Shown piece by piece: positions 27,763-41,726 of a stretch of DNA of 64,000 nt. Position 1 is the stretch's first letter, and every line of letters starts with the position of its first letter. A model generated the notes under the pieces. That model made no database searches. It was given only the letters and a program-made list of their open reading frames with translations, and was not told the origin of the DNA. A program made the position numbers and the translations under genes. Source of the stretch: Octopus sinensis (Eukaryota); the NCBI RefSeq assembly GCF_006345805.1, contig NC_043000.1:159154001-159218000 (forward strand), written 5' to 3'.

Positions 27763-28221
27763 GTTCACTCCAATATAAAAAGACGTTCACTCCAATATAA
27801 AAAGACGTTCACTCCAATATAAAAAGATGTTCACTCCAATATAAAAAGATGTTCACTCCAATATAAAAAGATGTTCACTCCAATATAAAAAGACGTTCAC
27901 TCCAATATAAAAAGATGTTCACTCCAATATAAAAAGACGTTCACTCCAATATAAAAAGATGTTCACTCCAATATAAAAAGATGTTCACTCCAATATAAAA
28001 AGACGTTCACTCCAATATAAAAAGATGTTCACTCCAATATAAAAAGACGTTCACTCCAATATAAAAAGATGTTCACTCCAATATAAAAAGATGTTCACTC
28101 CAATATAAAAAGATGTTCACTCCAATATAAAAAGACGTTCACTCCAATATAAAAAGATGTTCACTCCAATATAAAAAGACGTTCACTCCAATATAAAAAG
28201 ATGTTCACTCCAATATAAAAA
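27763..28221. repeat. 22-bp minisatellite, 21 copies (gttcactccaatataaaaagaY)
   Basis: Counted units start every 22 nt from 27763 to 28203; only position 22 (C/T) varies; no spacers. Confidence 0.97.
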
Positions 28222-28878
28222 CAGTGCAGAAAATAATTTAAGAATTTGTGGGCGCTGAGAAGAATCTATCAGTTGCATTATTTCGCACTGCTCTGTCTAA
28301 ACTAAACTAAAGCTTGTGTTTAAATGACGGAGTTCGAACCTTCTTGAACTGGAAAGCAATATGTCCAGAGTTAAAACATTTCAGAGAATGACACAAGCAA
28401 GATAAATATATTCTGGTATATAGCGATTGATATTGACCAAAGGATTAAGTCAAATCTCCCTCATATTGGCCTCAAATACCATCGGAAAGATAAATGCATC
28501 CTTATAGTTATATCAATATCAGCAGTCAGCAATACAGTATTGAGAAAACGGAAAAAAAAAGAGTATAAAACTTTTCAAGAAGTGATGTATGGAAATAGAA
28601 CCACTAAAAGGTGTCCTTTGTGAGATAAAAAAAAATAGAAAGACATATAACAGCAACAAACATTGCGAATATAATACCTACTGTATTTTTAGTACAATAG
28701 AAAACACATAGTCAACAGAAAATATTGTACATATGCATGACATTTAGAGCCGGGCTTCGATGTACAACGAAGGCACTCAAAAAGTATTCTCGGATTTTTC
28801 TAAAATGGGTGCTTTATCTAATAGTCTGTTGCACTCACACATCCACACATAAACACACACATTCTCTCTCTCTCTCTT

Positions 28879-28921
<43 letters not shown>

Positions 28922-30179
28922 CATATACATCCACAGTCTTTCTCACGCACACACATAAACACTCTCTCTCTCTCTCTCACACATACACACACACACATAC
29001 ACACACACACACACACACACAAACTCAGTACACCTAATAGTGGATTTCGTTGACCTCAGTATTCTAACGATTTTAGCAATCCATAAATCTTTAGCACAAT
29101 ATAAGCAACAACAACATGGTGATTATTATTATTATTATTATTGTTGTTGTTGTTGTTGGATACTAACAACAACAACAACAGCAATAGCAATAACAATAAC
29201 AAGCACAATAATAATAGTTTATGTTTTAAGTACAAAGCAAACAATTTCAAGAGGAAGTTTTAGTCAACGCTATCGACCCCAGGGCTAATTAGGTACTATA
29301 TTTTTATTACTACTATTCTAACAATACTCTTAACAATGACAACCGCACACATAGAGCCAGAAACGGGAATAGTCAACCTGAAATGGTAGTAGAAGGGATA
29401 TTACTTTTACAATTCCTAGAGCAGCAGAGCAAGGTACAGTAAATGCTAGACATAATACCACGGATTCTTAGTCGATAACTGAAATGTAAACAACAGTAGA
29501 TCTATGGATACGGAAAGACTTAATGTATCTAATTCTGGTCTCACTAACATAATAAAGAAAAAAACAATAATTGTGGAAAATATAAAACTTGTCCATTAAA
29601 TGCTAAATGTTCGAGCAAAAATTTAGTATACAGATATAGGTGTACATTAGAAGGAAATTCGCTCTTCTGTATTGGTGCATGTTCAACAAACTTCATGACG
29701 TGACTGGCAAACCATTTAAGTTCATATAAGGAAAGAGAAAGGATGCATAATGCGAGCCTGAGTGTATGCATCTGACCCCTTAAAAATAGAAACATCAACT
29801 TTAGTTTAGAATAGGAAAAAGCAAGCATAACTGAATCTTATGTAATTGGAGGAAAAAGATGCAATTTGTTTATAGAGGAAATATTCCATATTTTTACAGC
29901 CAAATACCAGATCAAGCCCTAAGGTGTTTGTATCCACATAGAAGGAAGTGACATATAATTTAGTAACCACTCTGTGAAAAGGAAGTGCTAGTTTGACTTT
30001 CAAATAGCAATCACGATTCTCCATAATTTAAATTATCTAAAAATTCTTGCTACATATATACGAATCTGAAACTCGATTTATGCAGAGAAAATTTTGAATT
30101 GGACTCACAAATACATTCTTCTTTGATGTATTTTGTTCAAACTTGATGCCGGCGTTACTTAGGACTCATGGGATCTTTG

Positions 30180-30418
30180 AATGCTTTTAAGTTCTCAAAA
30201 AAAAAAATACAATCAGTGAGTGGAAAAATCGATAAACCGATTCCTTATGGGATTTCCCAATCAAATTATCTGCAACCCATTTTCGGCCAAACGTTTACCA
30301 ATTTCAACGGATTTCGCTCAAATTTGACGTCAGTGTTACTAAGTTTGGTTTGAAACAAAGCGCTTGATTAGCTTAATAATCTTACTTAATCCCGGGCAAC
30401 GCCGGGCTATACTGCCTA
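30180..30418 (+). mobile_element. Probable non-autonomous Helitron 3' portion
   Basis: Ends in hairpin cccgggcaacgccggg (30391-30406) followed by a decayed ctgCTAG (ctgcctat). Confidence 0.5.
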
Positions 30419-30523
30419 TATGTACATATATACATACATTCATACATACATATACATGCATATGTACTTTTAGTGTATAGATATGCATGCATACATACAC
30501 ATATATGAGTGGGGGTAAAGAGT

Positions 30524-30623
<100 letters not shown>

Positions 30624-31194
30624 CAGAGCAAGCATGGAAACAAACAATCACGTGTATGTTATTAAAACGATTAATTCTTTATTTTTATGGACCTCGTGAT
30701 TTTAAGTACGTTCTGCACATGTTTCCATTCCCAGTTTTAAGTGCGAGATTCTTGAAGCAAAATTACACTGTATTCATAATGCATTCTCACCTACACACTT
30801 TACGCATACATGCGCGCGCACGCACACTCAAACACAAACACACACATACATATATAAACACATAAGCACATACATACCAAATATATATGTGTGCGAGTAA
30901 TGTATTTACGTGTATATACAATTACTTCAAGCCTGAAATCGGATATCGAACACGTTTAACAAGGAATCCAAATAAAACATATTATGTATTTGTTTTCATT
31001 TACAACTGTTTACTATTGACAATCCGAATCCATCTCCTTTCATTTAATTCACCTTTTTTTTTTTTTAACTTTGTTTCTATTCCTTTCTCATTTCATTGCT
31101 TGAAGTTTTAGTTCTAAAAATTGATTTATATTATTTTCATTTCCAATGACCTCTAAAATTTCGATAAGGGTGTATTGGGCTATCGTTATTCGCT

Positions 31195-31405
31195 TCTTCT
31201 TCTTCTTCTTCTTCTTCTTCTTCTTCTTCTTCTTCTTCTTCTTCTTCTTCTTCTTCTTCTTCTTCTTCTTCTTCTTCTTCTTCTTCTTCTCCTCCTCCTC
31301 CTTCTTCTTCTTCTCTTCCTTCTTCTCCTTCTCCTCCTTCTTCTCCTTCTCCTCCTTCTTATTCTTCTCCTTCTCCTTCTTCTCTGTCTCTGTCTCTTCC
31401 GCCTC
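31195..31405. repeat. (TTC)n microsatellite decaying into TCC/TTCTCC
   Basis: Visible tract; poly-K/R/F/L ORFs are artefacts. Confidence 0.95.
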
Positions 31406-31496
31406 CTCCATATTTTCATAATATTTAATGCCATTTCAAACGTCGTTCTTGAAACAGGTAAATAAATAAAGAAGGTGTTAATACTATTATTGTTGT

Positions 31497-31620
31497 AAGG
31501 CGGCGAATTGGTAGAATCGTCAGCACGCCGAGAGAAATGCTTAGTGGCATTTCTTCCGTCTTTATGTTCTGAGTTCAAATTCCGTCGAGGTCGACTGTTA
31601 TCTTTTCGGGATTGATAAAA
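31497..31620 (+). mobile_element. SINE family B, 5' part
   Basis: aaggcggcgaattggtagaatcgtcagcacgccg...gttcaaattccgtcgaggtcgac. Confidence 0.85.
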
Positions 31621-31669
31621 AAAACCTACTTCTTAATCAGAATAGGTAGTGTAAATGCAGATGACCTTT

Positions 31670-32640
31670 GAAAGGAATGCCACCAGCTCAACGATCTCAG
31701 GCTATTACAAATAGATGTGGTGGCCATCAGAAAGACCAGTCTCTAATTCATAAGTCAAGACCATTTTCAACAAATATGAGAACTATTTATCACCTAGTCG
31801 ACGGGCATTGTGAAGCGGAAGTGCTGTCTTGCATCAGAAGGATCTGGATTTCACGATACGGACCGTCTCCTTGAAAACAGACTGCAAGCTGGTGGTAGAG
31901 GATTCGAGCAATAGCTACGGGGTGCCTTCATACAATTAACTGCTTATACTCTGACAGATGCAGGGCAACCACTTTTCTTCATGAGTGTGGAGATTTTGGA
32001 AGGAACTTCTGATCTTCGGTGCTAATGGGTACCTGGAAGGCCATCATGGATACACATTTCTAATGTGTGACCTCAGATTATAGGATAGGGGATGAAAAGA
32101 TTCGCAAACTTGCTCAGACATGTTCAACTGTTTGACTTGTAACGACTGGATTTCTCAAATGAGCCAATGTGGACATTGGCAAAACGCGTCTGGTTATGGA
32201 GATCGTATCTAGAGTATTCTGCAGGCAATAGATTGGTTAGACTAGGCCGTCCAACAGTCAAGGTGGTCGGATATACAGGTTACAAATTTGTGAGACATAC
32301 GGTCGACATTAGGCAGTGACTAGGATCACGTCAAGCTTCTATAGACAGAATTAGTAAGTTTGGTAAGAGGAAATGAGGGGGAAATTCGTGAAATTGTAGT
32401 TCACACAATAAGAATGATTAGAATAGAATCCATAAGATTTAGTAAAGTAGTAGCGATAGAGAAAACAAGAATAGCAGACTTAAAAACTTAGTCATTGTAA
32501 CTGACATGTTAGCGGTGAGATAGGCCCATCGTCAATTCAACTCGCAACACGAAGGCTTCGCTATTAAAGTTGATACACTTGCCATAAAACACAAAGGCAC
32601 GAAAGCTGTTTGATGGGTCTGAGTGACAAAGGCTCAATCT
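31670..32640 (+). pseudogene. Decayed Tx1/L1-clade LINE ORF2, AP-endonuclease region
   Basis: Patchy translations LNDLRLLQIDVVAIRKTSL, GSAVL..KDLD, GAFIQLTAYTLTDAGQPLFF, LVLMGTWKAIMD; related to 48420-50455. Confidence 0.7.
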
Positions 32641-32931
32641 TGCAAAAGAAAAATTGATCTCTAGTTGCAGATTTGATTTCCCTGTCAAATGTTTTCATAA
32701 GTTGTTTCAAAGTTCTCCTTAAATTATATGCCTTGAAGAATTGTAGAGTTCTTGGAGAAACATAATACCATCTTGCTTAACGATACATTACGTTGTTTCT
32801 GATCCTCTATTCATGTAATTCGTTAGCTGTTCAATCTTAAGTATCACATTAGATCTAAGAAACAGATTCCTAGCAATGAATAGAATGGCTTCTCGACATA
32901 ATTTTCTCTATTTTCAAGTGTATAGGTATAT

Positions 32932-33094
32932 GGCACAGGCGTGTCTGTGGGGTAAGAAGTTTGCTTCCAAACCACATGGTTCTGGATTCAGTCCCACTGT
33001 GTGACTCTCTGACAAATGTCTTCTACTATTGCCTCGGGACGATCAAATCTATGTGGGTGGATTAGATAGACAGAAACTGAGAGAACCATATATA

Positions 33095-33137
<43 letters not shown>

Positions 33138-33415
33138 ATATATATTATATATATATATATATATGTATATATATTATGTATATATGTGTATGTGGGGGAT
33201 GTGTTTCTTTGTGTTTGTACTTGTCCCCCACTATCGCATGACAATTGATATTGGTGTGTCTACATCCCCGTAACTTAGTGGTTCGGCAGAAGATATCGAT
33301 AGGATAACTGCCAAACTTTTAACAAAATTACTATTGCGGTCGAATCATTCAACTAAAAATGCATCAAGGCAGTGCCGAAGCATGGCCGTAGTGTGATGAC
33401 TGAAGCATGTGAATG
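32932..33415 (+). mobile_element. Decayed SINE family A
   Basis: Head ggcacaggcgtgtctgtggggtaagaag...gattcagtccc, internal TA tract, decayed tail. Confidence 0.8.
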
Positions 33416-33909
33416 GTAAAAGTTATTATTCCCGTTATAGACAATGAGTTTTGGCAAGATGGCTGATTCTTTCTAACGCATCAATTTTTCCTTTTAATAC
33501 TAAAGTATCGAGTGTAATCATTTTACGGTTCGTTGTTGCATTACTGCCTTAAGTTCCACTTCGTGGCTTCTTTCCATGTATCTATAATTGCAGACAAATC
33601 CACCATCGGAGATGATCAGCAATTATCTACAAAGATTACGTACATTAAAGACAGTAGCACCAAGCTAGAACTGTTTTATGAAAGCAAAACTTCATTCTCC
33701 TATTCCATTAGATGTAAGAATAGAAACGCGAAGATAAATGGTTGCAGATGTAGGTAGGAAGAAAATATTTGTGATTTATGTTAGTTGAAGAGTTTCAGGT
33801 TCATGAACAAGTCACACGTGTGTTTGACGTCATTCAAACACACTCTACACTTTACATAAACACACACACACACACACAACGTTGAGTTGACATGCAGCAT
33901 ATGTAGCTA

Positions 33910-33963
33910 CAGACATTGATATTATATCAGACATTGATATTATATCAGACATTGATATTATAT
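33910..33963. repeat. 18-bp tandem repeat x3 (cagacattgatattatat)
   Basis: Three visible consecutive copies. Confidence 0.9.
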
Positions 33964-34465
33964 ATTATAGACTAATATCATCACTGCAAGTTGGTTACTA
34001 AAAAATTTATGGGATGGTAGAGGTAACAGCATGGGTTCTATTGGTATTCTATGTTGGTGATGAAGATAATAGTTATAGTATTGTTGGTGGTGACGATGGT
34101 TATATTGTTCATGCTAATTGAGATTTAATTCTTTATTTACTTTTTGCAGTTTAGTCTCAAATGAAGGCTTGTTCAAGATCAAATATATTTCATTAAACGT
34201 TTACAATACACGAGAGTGCCAAATTATCTCTTGTGAGTGTCCTATATTGTAATTGGTGTTCTCTGTTTGTTTATATTATAGATAAAGTACTTTTTCGTTA
34301 AGATGATGGATTGGTAGTAGTAATCATTGTATTTATTTTCATTTTGATGGTGGATGTGTAGGTGTTGGTGAAAGTGGTGCGAGTGAAGGTTGCTAAGCAT
34401 ATAAACATATATAAACATACATACACACACACATGTATATACAAACAGACACAAACACACACATG

Positions 34466-34516
<51 letters not shown>

Positions 34517-34874
34517 ATATATATGTGTGTTTGTGTCTGTGCGTGTGTAGCATGACTATACGTTGACTTTAGATAAAACGCCGAAAGAAAAATGTTTAGA
34601 TTTTAAACTCTTTAATTTTAAAGATGCAATGTTGTTGCCAGTTGGAATATTTGGAATATGCTTGTGGCACGTTTAAACTAATAAACGTTATTTGCCATGG
34701 AGAAAATTTCTCGCTATTGACAATGGTGTTTCTTTATGCTCGAAATTACAGATTCTGTTCCAAAATTAGTGAGCATACCTTAAATTGTGGTAAACGAAAA
34801 CCCCACCACCTAAAGTGTCCTTAACGCGGATATTCGCATATATCATATGTGTGTGTGGTGTGTGTGTGTGTCTG

Positions 34875-34957
<83 letters not shown>

Positions 34958-35032
34958 TCGCCATGTTGAATCTTTAGCTTCTGCACGCTTTTTTTTCTCT
35001 CCTTGTTTCTCTCCGTGTTTCTTTTCTGTGTA

Positions 35033-35070
35033 TCTTTCTGTTGAAGAGCGTAGGCTCGAAACGTAAAAGA
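35033..35070 (+). ncRNA. Minimal type I hammerhead motif, A6U core variant
   Basis: tcttt CTGTTGA a gagc-gtag-gctc GAAA CG TA aaaga: perfect 5-bp stem I, 4-bp stem II, loopless palindromic ACGT stem III, GUA triplet. Confidence 0.75.
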
Positions 35071-35254
35071 CTTGTTTTATTTATATTCCTGAGCGCCATA
35101 CTAATACAATTGTTTGTTTGTACTCCACCTGCCTTCGTCTTTTGTTTATTTTCATAAAGCTTCCCGTTATATATATATGAATGTATGTAAATATGTAAAT
35201 ATATACATACATATATGTATATATGTGTATGTATGTACATATATATGTGTGTGT

Positions 35255-35480
35255 GGCAAGATGGCAGAATCGTTAGTACGCCGAGCGAAATGCTTATCGG
35301 CATTTCGTCTGCCGTTACGTTCTGAGCTCAAATTCCGCCCAGGTCGACTTTGCCTTTCATCCTTTCGGGGCCGATAAATAAAGTACCAGTTTCCCACTGG
35401 GGTCGATATAATCGACTTAATCCCTTTGTCTGTCCTTGTTTGTCCTCTCTATGTTTAACCCCTTGTGGGCAGTAAAGAAA
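35255..35480 (+). mobile_element. SINE family B, full length
   Basis: Complete head, core and gtctgtccttgtttgtcc...aaagaaata tail. Confidence 0.9.
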
Positions 35481-35570
35481 TATAAATATATATATATGTG
35501 TGTGTGTGTGTATGTATGTATATATGTATCTAAATATGTACATATATACAAATAAACATATATATTTAGC

Positions 35571-35632
<62 letters not shown>

Positions 35633-36865
35633 TGCATATGTGTGTATCCTTGTATGTTTATTAATCTGCGTAAGTGTGTGAAATTTGTATTAATTTGAAA
35701 GCTCATGCACAGCTGTTTGAAAGAATCATTGGGAAAATACATAGTTTCATAGTTTCCCCAAACGTGTAGTGACGGCTGGTTGAATTGTTCTGGATACATT
35801 ATGAGTGCTTGCATTTTTGTATGTGTTCATATATTTGACATTTTGGCTCAGTTGTGCTTAAGCGAAAGAATGCAAAATATTTACCCGCTTCTTAATCTTC
35901 TTTATCAACACGAATCATTTTATTTGCTTGCTTGTGACTTTTTTATACTAAGCAAAATGACTTCGCTAATCAGTTTATTTTTCATATTTCGAAAATACCC
36001 TAAAATATTGTATTTTCTTTGTATTCTTTTACCATGCTCAGGTTTATAAACTGGTTGCTAAGATATTATGAAAATACACAAATCATAACTCTACTAACTA
36101 ATTAAATTTTAATGAATATGTGTTTGAATGTATCCATGCGCATGCAAGCACATAATCGTATGAATATAATTTGCGTGGTCGCTCATCGTATGTTTTTGTT
36201 CGTGGTTAATTGTACTTTTATATTTATGACTAATATTCTTTTCATTTTCTCTTCTTTAACACTATAACAACTCTGAAGCAGCAGATCTGTAAGCAATGGT
36301 GTTACACACACGGCCATTTTATCTTTCTTTTCTTCAGACATAGCATTTCATGAATTAAATTTTTTATGTTCATTTTTTTAAAGGTTCGGTACCGTGGATG
36401 TGAATTTGTAACATGTCAAGCGATATTGGCTATCATTTACAATTTATTTATTTCATTTTACTTCCAATTTCTGAAAACTTTTCTCCTACATACATCTAAA
36501 CAAGATTGGCATTTTGCAATGCTGGCAATTAGCACTAATTTACCTTTCTGTTTGTGATCCAAGTTTTCAATCTAATCTTTACGAATGATTTGAGATGTCG
36601 GCAATGGCATGTCAAAAAATATCTCTATCATTTCAAAGTCCAAATGATGTTTAGCCTGATTGGTTCTCCAGAAAAGTAGTATCGTCATTGTTCAGTTCAA
36701 CAGACACACACACACTCACAGACATACGTACATGCGCACATACTCACACACACATATGTATATATATACAGACACGCGCACACATAGATATATACACATG
36801 CACATATATATATACACACTCACACTCACATACATAAATATATATATATATATATATACACACAT

Positions 36866-37160
<295 letters not shown>

Positions 37161-37316
37161 TCTATGTGTGGACCCTTCTGTGTATATGCTAAAGATTAAC
37201 AATTAATACGTTTTGTTTTGAAGAGTTATAAATATTTTAATAGATTCCCTGTCAAAGATCACTCTTCGTACAACGAGCTCAATGCAGCAACTGCATGCAA
37301 TGATTAGTGGTTCAAA

Positions 37317-37373
37317 AATTCTATATTTGCATATTTCCCGCCAGATTTGTTCACAGCACGATTCATCAGGATG
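37317..37373 (-). ncRNA. Candidate decayed type I hammerhead
   Basis: Minus strand atc CTGATGA atcgtg...ctggcgg GAAA TAT-GCAA-ATA TA gaat. Core intact, stem III good, stems I and II weak. Confidence 0.45.
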
Positions 37374-37529
37374 AAAGGTAGATTGACTCATAACGGAATA
37401 TATATAAGTGATACATTATATAGTTAAAATGTATATGGTTAATACTAGACATAATCTATGCTAGATTTATGATTGTACAACTTATCAATATTTGCATGAA
37501 TGTGTGAGATTGAATTGCTAGTAACTGCC

Positions 37530-37888
37530 AGTGGGGTAACCGAATCTGGCAGCACCACTGAACTCTCTCAACATCCGTTATTAATTTGACACTGTGGGGT
37601 GACCATAGTTGAGAGTAGCAGTCCAGACGGCTCAGGACAAATGTCCTCCAGAGTACCAGCATAGTTTTCTGTCCTTGGTTTGAAAGTTCTCAGAGTCCAT
37701 CTGGCCATTCGCCTGCGCATTGCCACCATCTTGGTGATATGCACGTGAAACAAGGCGTTGTTGTTCGTATCAATCCTCAGATCACTGCGCGTGACTGGGA
37801 TTGCCTCTCCTGTTGGTCCAAAGTTTCGTTGTTGCAGTTTGTTAGCACAAGCTAAGCCGATAGTGAAGGGATTGGAATTTATCTACAA
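37530..37888 (-). pseudogene. CR1-like LINE RT C-terminal fragment
   Basis: FHVHITKMVAMRRRMARWTLRTFKPR / MLVLWRTFVLSRLDCYSQLWSPHSVKLITDVERVQ. Confidence 0.8.
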
Positions 37889-37924
37889 TAAGATGCATGT
37901 TGATTTCTTCAGCCCATTTATATA

Positions 37925-38162
37925 TACTCTTTACTCTTTTACTCTTTTACTTGTTTCAGTCATTTGACTGCGGCCATGCTGGAGCACCGCCTTTTAGTCG
38001 AGCAAATCGACCCCGGGACTTATTCTTTGTAAGCCCAGTACTTATTCTATCGGTCTCTTTTGCCGAACCGCTAAGTGACGGGGACGTAAACACACCAGCA
38101 TCGGTTGTCAAGCAACGCTAGGGGGACAAACACAGACACACAAACACATACACACACACACA

Positions 38163-38238
<76 letters not shown>

Positions 38239-38400
38239 GACAGGCTTCTTTCAGTTTCCGTCTAACAAATCCACTCACAAGGCATTGGTCGGCCCGGGGT
38301 TATAGCAGAAGACACTTGCCCAAGATGTCACGCAGTGGGACTGAACCCGGAACCATGTGGTTGGTTAGCAAGCTACTTACCACACAGCCACTCCTGCGCC
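37925..38400 (-). mobile_element. SINE family A, full length
   Basis: Reverse complement of the complete family A consensus. Confidence 0.92.
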
Positions 38401-38792
38401 TCTAAGTGGCATCTAATATGGCATCTAAGTCTTTCTATTCTTAAATATATCTCCAATTCTAGAAGCGGCAGACAATTTGCTTTGTGGCAAATAGTACCAA
38501 CAGCAAATGAGAACAGCAGATAATCTCAAGAATCAAAACTTCTCCAAAATTGATTTGCTACGAAAGAAAAGACAACTTCATTGTCTGCTAACAATAGGAC
38601 AACAACTGAAAAATTATGTTTCTGCCTAAATAAGCAATCAGCACAAAAACTACCCTACCTTTACTTCGGCAGACAACACACATAGATACATATAAATGAA
38701 AGATAAAGCCCAAAACGAGCAAAGAGAATAGCTTAGAATGGCCAATGACATAGATATCTCGATACAGTGGTTAAGAAGGCCATTCCCATAAT

Positions 38793-38875
38793 GGAAACCG
38801 AATTAATTTGAATGCAGAATGTAGAATATTCATTAAATTTACATAAGCATAACTATAACTATATACATACATACA

Positions 38876-38911
<36 letters not shown>

Positions 38912-39093
38912 TATATACACGTGTTTATGTACATATATGTGTATATATATATATATTATATATATATACATATATATATATTTATATATATATGTATGTA
39001 TATGTATGTATGTATACATGTATATATATTTATGTATGTATATGTAAATTTAATGAATATTCTACATTCTGCATTCAAATTAATTCGGTTTCC
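38793..39093. repeat. Perfect 53-bp inverted repeat (38793-38845 / 39041-39093) around a TA/TACA tract
   Basis: ggaaaccgaattaatttgaatgcagaatgtagaatattcattaaatttacata and its exact reverse complement. Confidence 0.93.
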
Positions 39094-39117
39094 TTTGTGG
39101 AAAATTCCTTTGCAGGG

Positions 39118-39400
39118 AAATTCCAAGCCCTTCGCTATCGGCTAGCTTGTGCTAACAAACTGCAACAACGATACTTTGGATCAAAAGGAGCGGCAATCCC
39201 AGTCATGAAAAGGGATCTGAGGATTGATACGAACAACAACGCCTTGTTTCACGTGCATATCACCAAGATGGTGACAATGCGCAGGCGAATGGCCAGGTGG
39301 ACTCTGAGAATTTTCAAACCAAGGACAGAAAACTATGCTCGTACCCTGGAGGACATTTGTCCTGAGCCGTCTGGACTGATACTTTCAACTATGGTCATGC
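39118..39400 (+). pseudogene. Second, inverted copy of the CR1-like fragment
   Basis: KFQALRYRLACANKLQQRYFGSKG...FHVHITKMVTMRRRMARWTLRIFKPR; about 90% identical to the reverse complement of 37600-37888. Confidence 0.85.
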
Positions 39401-39606
39401 AACATTTGTATACATATATATATATACGCGTACGCGTGTGTCTGCTTGCATATGTATGCGTAAAGATTTTGAAATATGGATACATAATGAGAAAGTAAAG
39501 GAAGCAATATGGTTAGATTTGCTGTCCGTGTTTTAATATACCCTCACTATTTCGCATTTATAATATAGTATCACTTCACAATCATTACGATATAATTTCA
39601 AACACA

Positions 39607-39642
<36 letters not shown>

Positions 39643-39649
39643 TATATAT

Positions 39650-39731
<82 letters not shown>

Positions 39732-41214
39732 GTGTTTATGTACATATATGTGTATATATATATATATATGCCAACTAAATGTGGCGGCCTTATAGATGAC
39801 TGTGTTACTGTTGTTTTTAGCCTCAGGACGGCATCTCCGTCTAATCCTTTATTTTGTTAGCAACATTGCCTGCTATTATACTCTAATTACGCTCAACAAT
39901 TCAATGTTTAGGATATAATTCGTTAAATTAGCCTCTCGAAGGCCCGAAAAGAAACAAAATGACAGTTAATCATCATAACTCTGTAATGGTTTCTCATTAT
40001 AGCTCCCTAATACCTCCTAGTAATGTGTTCGTGGTTATAAAGTACAATTATTATAAAATTGAATAACACTTGTACAATCATGCATTTTTTCATAGACCTG
40101 CACGCTAAGCATTTCCTAATAAATCACATAGGTGTTTTGCTTATTTAAATGCAATTATCTTCTTTTCTCGCTTTCAAGCTGTAAGCATATATGATATATA
40201 TTTGTATGCCATAAATATACATCCATCCATAAATATACCTACGGTGTCAATGTGACAAAATTAAAATTCATATTAAAAACGAACAGAACAAAAGTACACC
40301 TTATTAGAAAAGGCTTACCATATTGGTCTGTTAAAAGATGGATGACTGTAAAAGACTGTCGTTCAAATTTATAATGATTTCAATTTGAAACTACGAACAC
40401 ATCACTTGAAGGTGTTAGAAAACTATAATGAGAGAACATTACAGTTAAGATGGTGAAAAATGTGTATACGTGTGTAAGTATGTATGTATGAATGTATGTA
40501 TGTATGTAGGTATGTAGGTATGTAGGTAGGTATGTAGGTAGGTAGGTATGTAGGTAGGTAGGTAGGTTTTTGGTAGGCATGCATGTATCTGTCTGTGTCT
40601 GTCTTCTCTCTATGTGTCTGTATGTGTGCATCACTAAAACTCGAGAACTACATAACCGATTTCATTCGAATTCTATACATGCCTTACTTAGTGTCCATGC
40701 AGTGTCATAGGCCAAAAAAATGTTCAACTTCTTTCCTAATACGAGCCTGGAGCAATCTCTTCTCTCTTACACTATCTCAATATTACGTGTCAAATGTGAA
40801 ACAATAACATCTCTATTGTAATGTAAGATAATACTTTCAATTTAATACTTCCACTATATTAATACTGAAACTATTATCTCATATACATACCTGCATACAC
40901 ACACACGCACACACATACACATACACACACACATACACATACACACACACATATAGTTAAAAAGTAATGTAAAAATACATTACGGAGGATATATTATAAA
41001 CAATTAAAATTATTCATGTTATCAAACATCTTATAAAATATATGGAAGAATGTTTATGATTATGAACGCGTCACAATTATAACAAAGAGGATTTCAAAAC
41101 CATGTTTAGAAATAGCAGTCAAAACAGCAATAAATCTATTTAAATCACTCATATATCTCTTCACTATAAATAGACATGACAAATAGAATCCACAACCAGA
41201 AAATAAATGGTTAA

Positions 41215-41264
41215 TTCCTTATTGCAATTTCGACGTTAGGGACACATTCTTCTCGTCAGGGGAA
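41215..41264 (-). ncRNA. Type I hammerhead, copy A (core intact)
   Basis: ttccc CTGACGA gaag...cgtc GAAA TTGCAA TA aggaa; palindromic stem III, AUA triplet; first stem I pair is C-A. Confidence 0.75.
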
Positions 41265-41662
41265 TATTCCTGTACATAGAAATCAAAACAAGACCTTACT
41301 CTGGGGCTAATATGTATCCCGGCCGGCAAGAGAAATGTCTCAGACTCTATCTACAGCTTCTATTTATGAATCCAAATACCATGCACAGTGATTATGAGAA
41401 AAGACCGATAAATTCGAGCCACCGCAAAGTCAAACATGTTATGGCCAAACATGTTATCATAAAATACATAGCAGAATAGTGTTTATAATTATGAACAAGT
41501 TACAATTATAACTAAGAGGGTTTCAAAACCCTAACATGTTTAGAAATAGCAGTCAAAACTACTATAAAGTCAGTAAAATCACTCATGTTATTTCTCTTCA
41601 CTATAAAATCTCTCTGTGGGCAACATGACAAATAGAATCCACAACTTGAAAATAACTTGTTA

Positions 41663-41726
41663 ATTCTCAATAGCAATTTCGAAGTTAGGGACCTATTAAG
41701 GGATCTATTCGTCTTGTCAGAGGAAT
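41663..41726 (-). ncRNA. Type I hammerhead, copy B (G8A)
   Basis: attcct CTGACAA gacg...cttc GAAA TTGCTA TT gagaat. Confidence 0.65.

Noticed and set aside
27763-28221. CRISPR-like array
   Set aside because: Repeats are directly adjacent with no spacers, there are no cas genes, and the context is eukaryotic.
38812-39498. 228-aa ORF, the longest in the track
   Set aside because: Chance read-through of microsatellite plus a frameshifted CR1 fragment.
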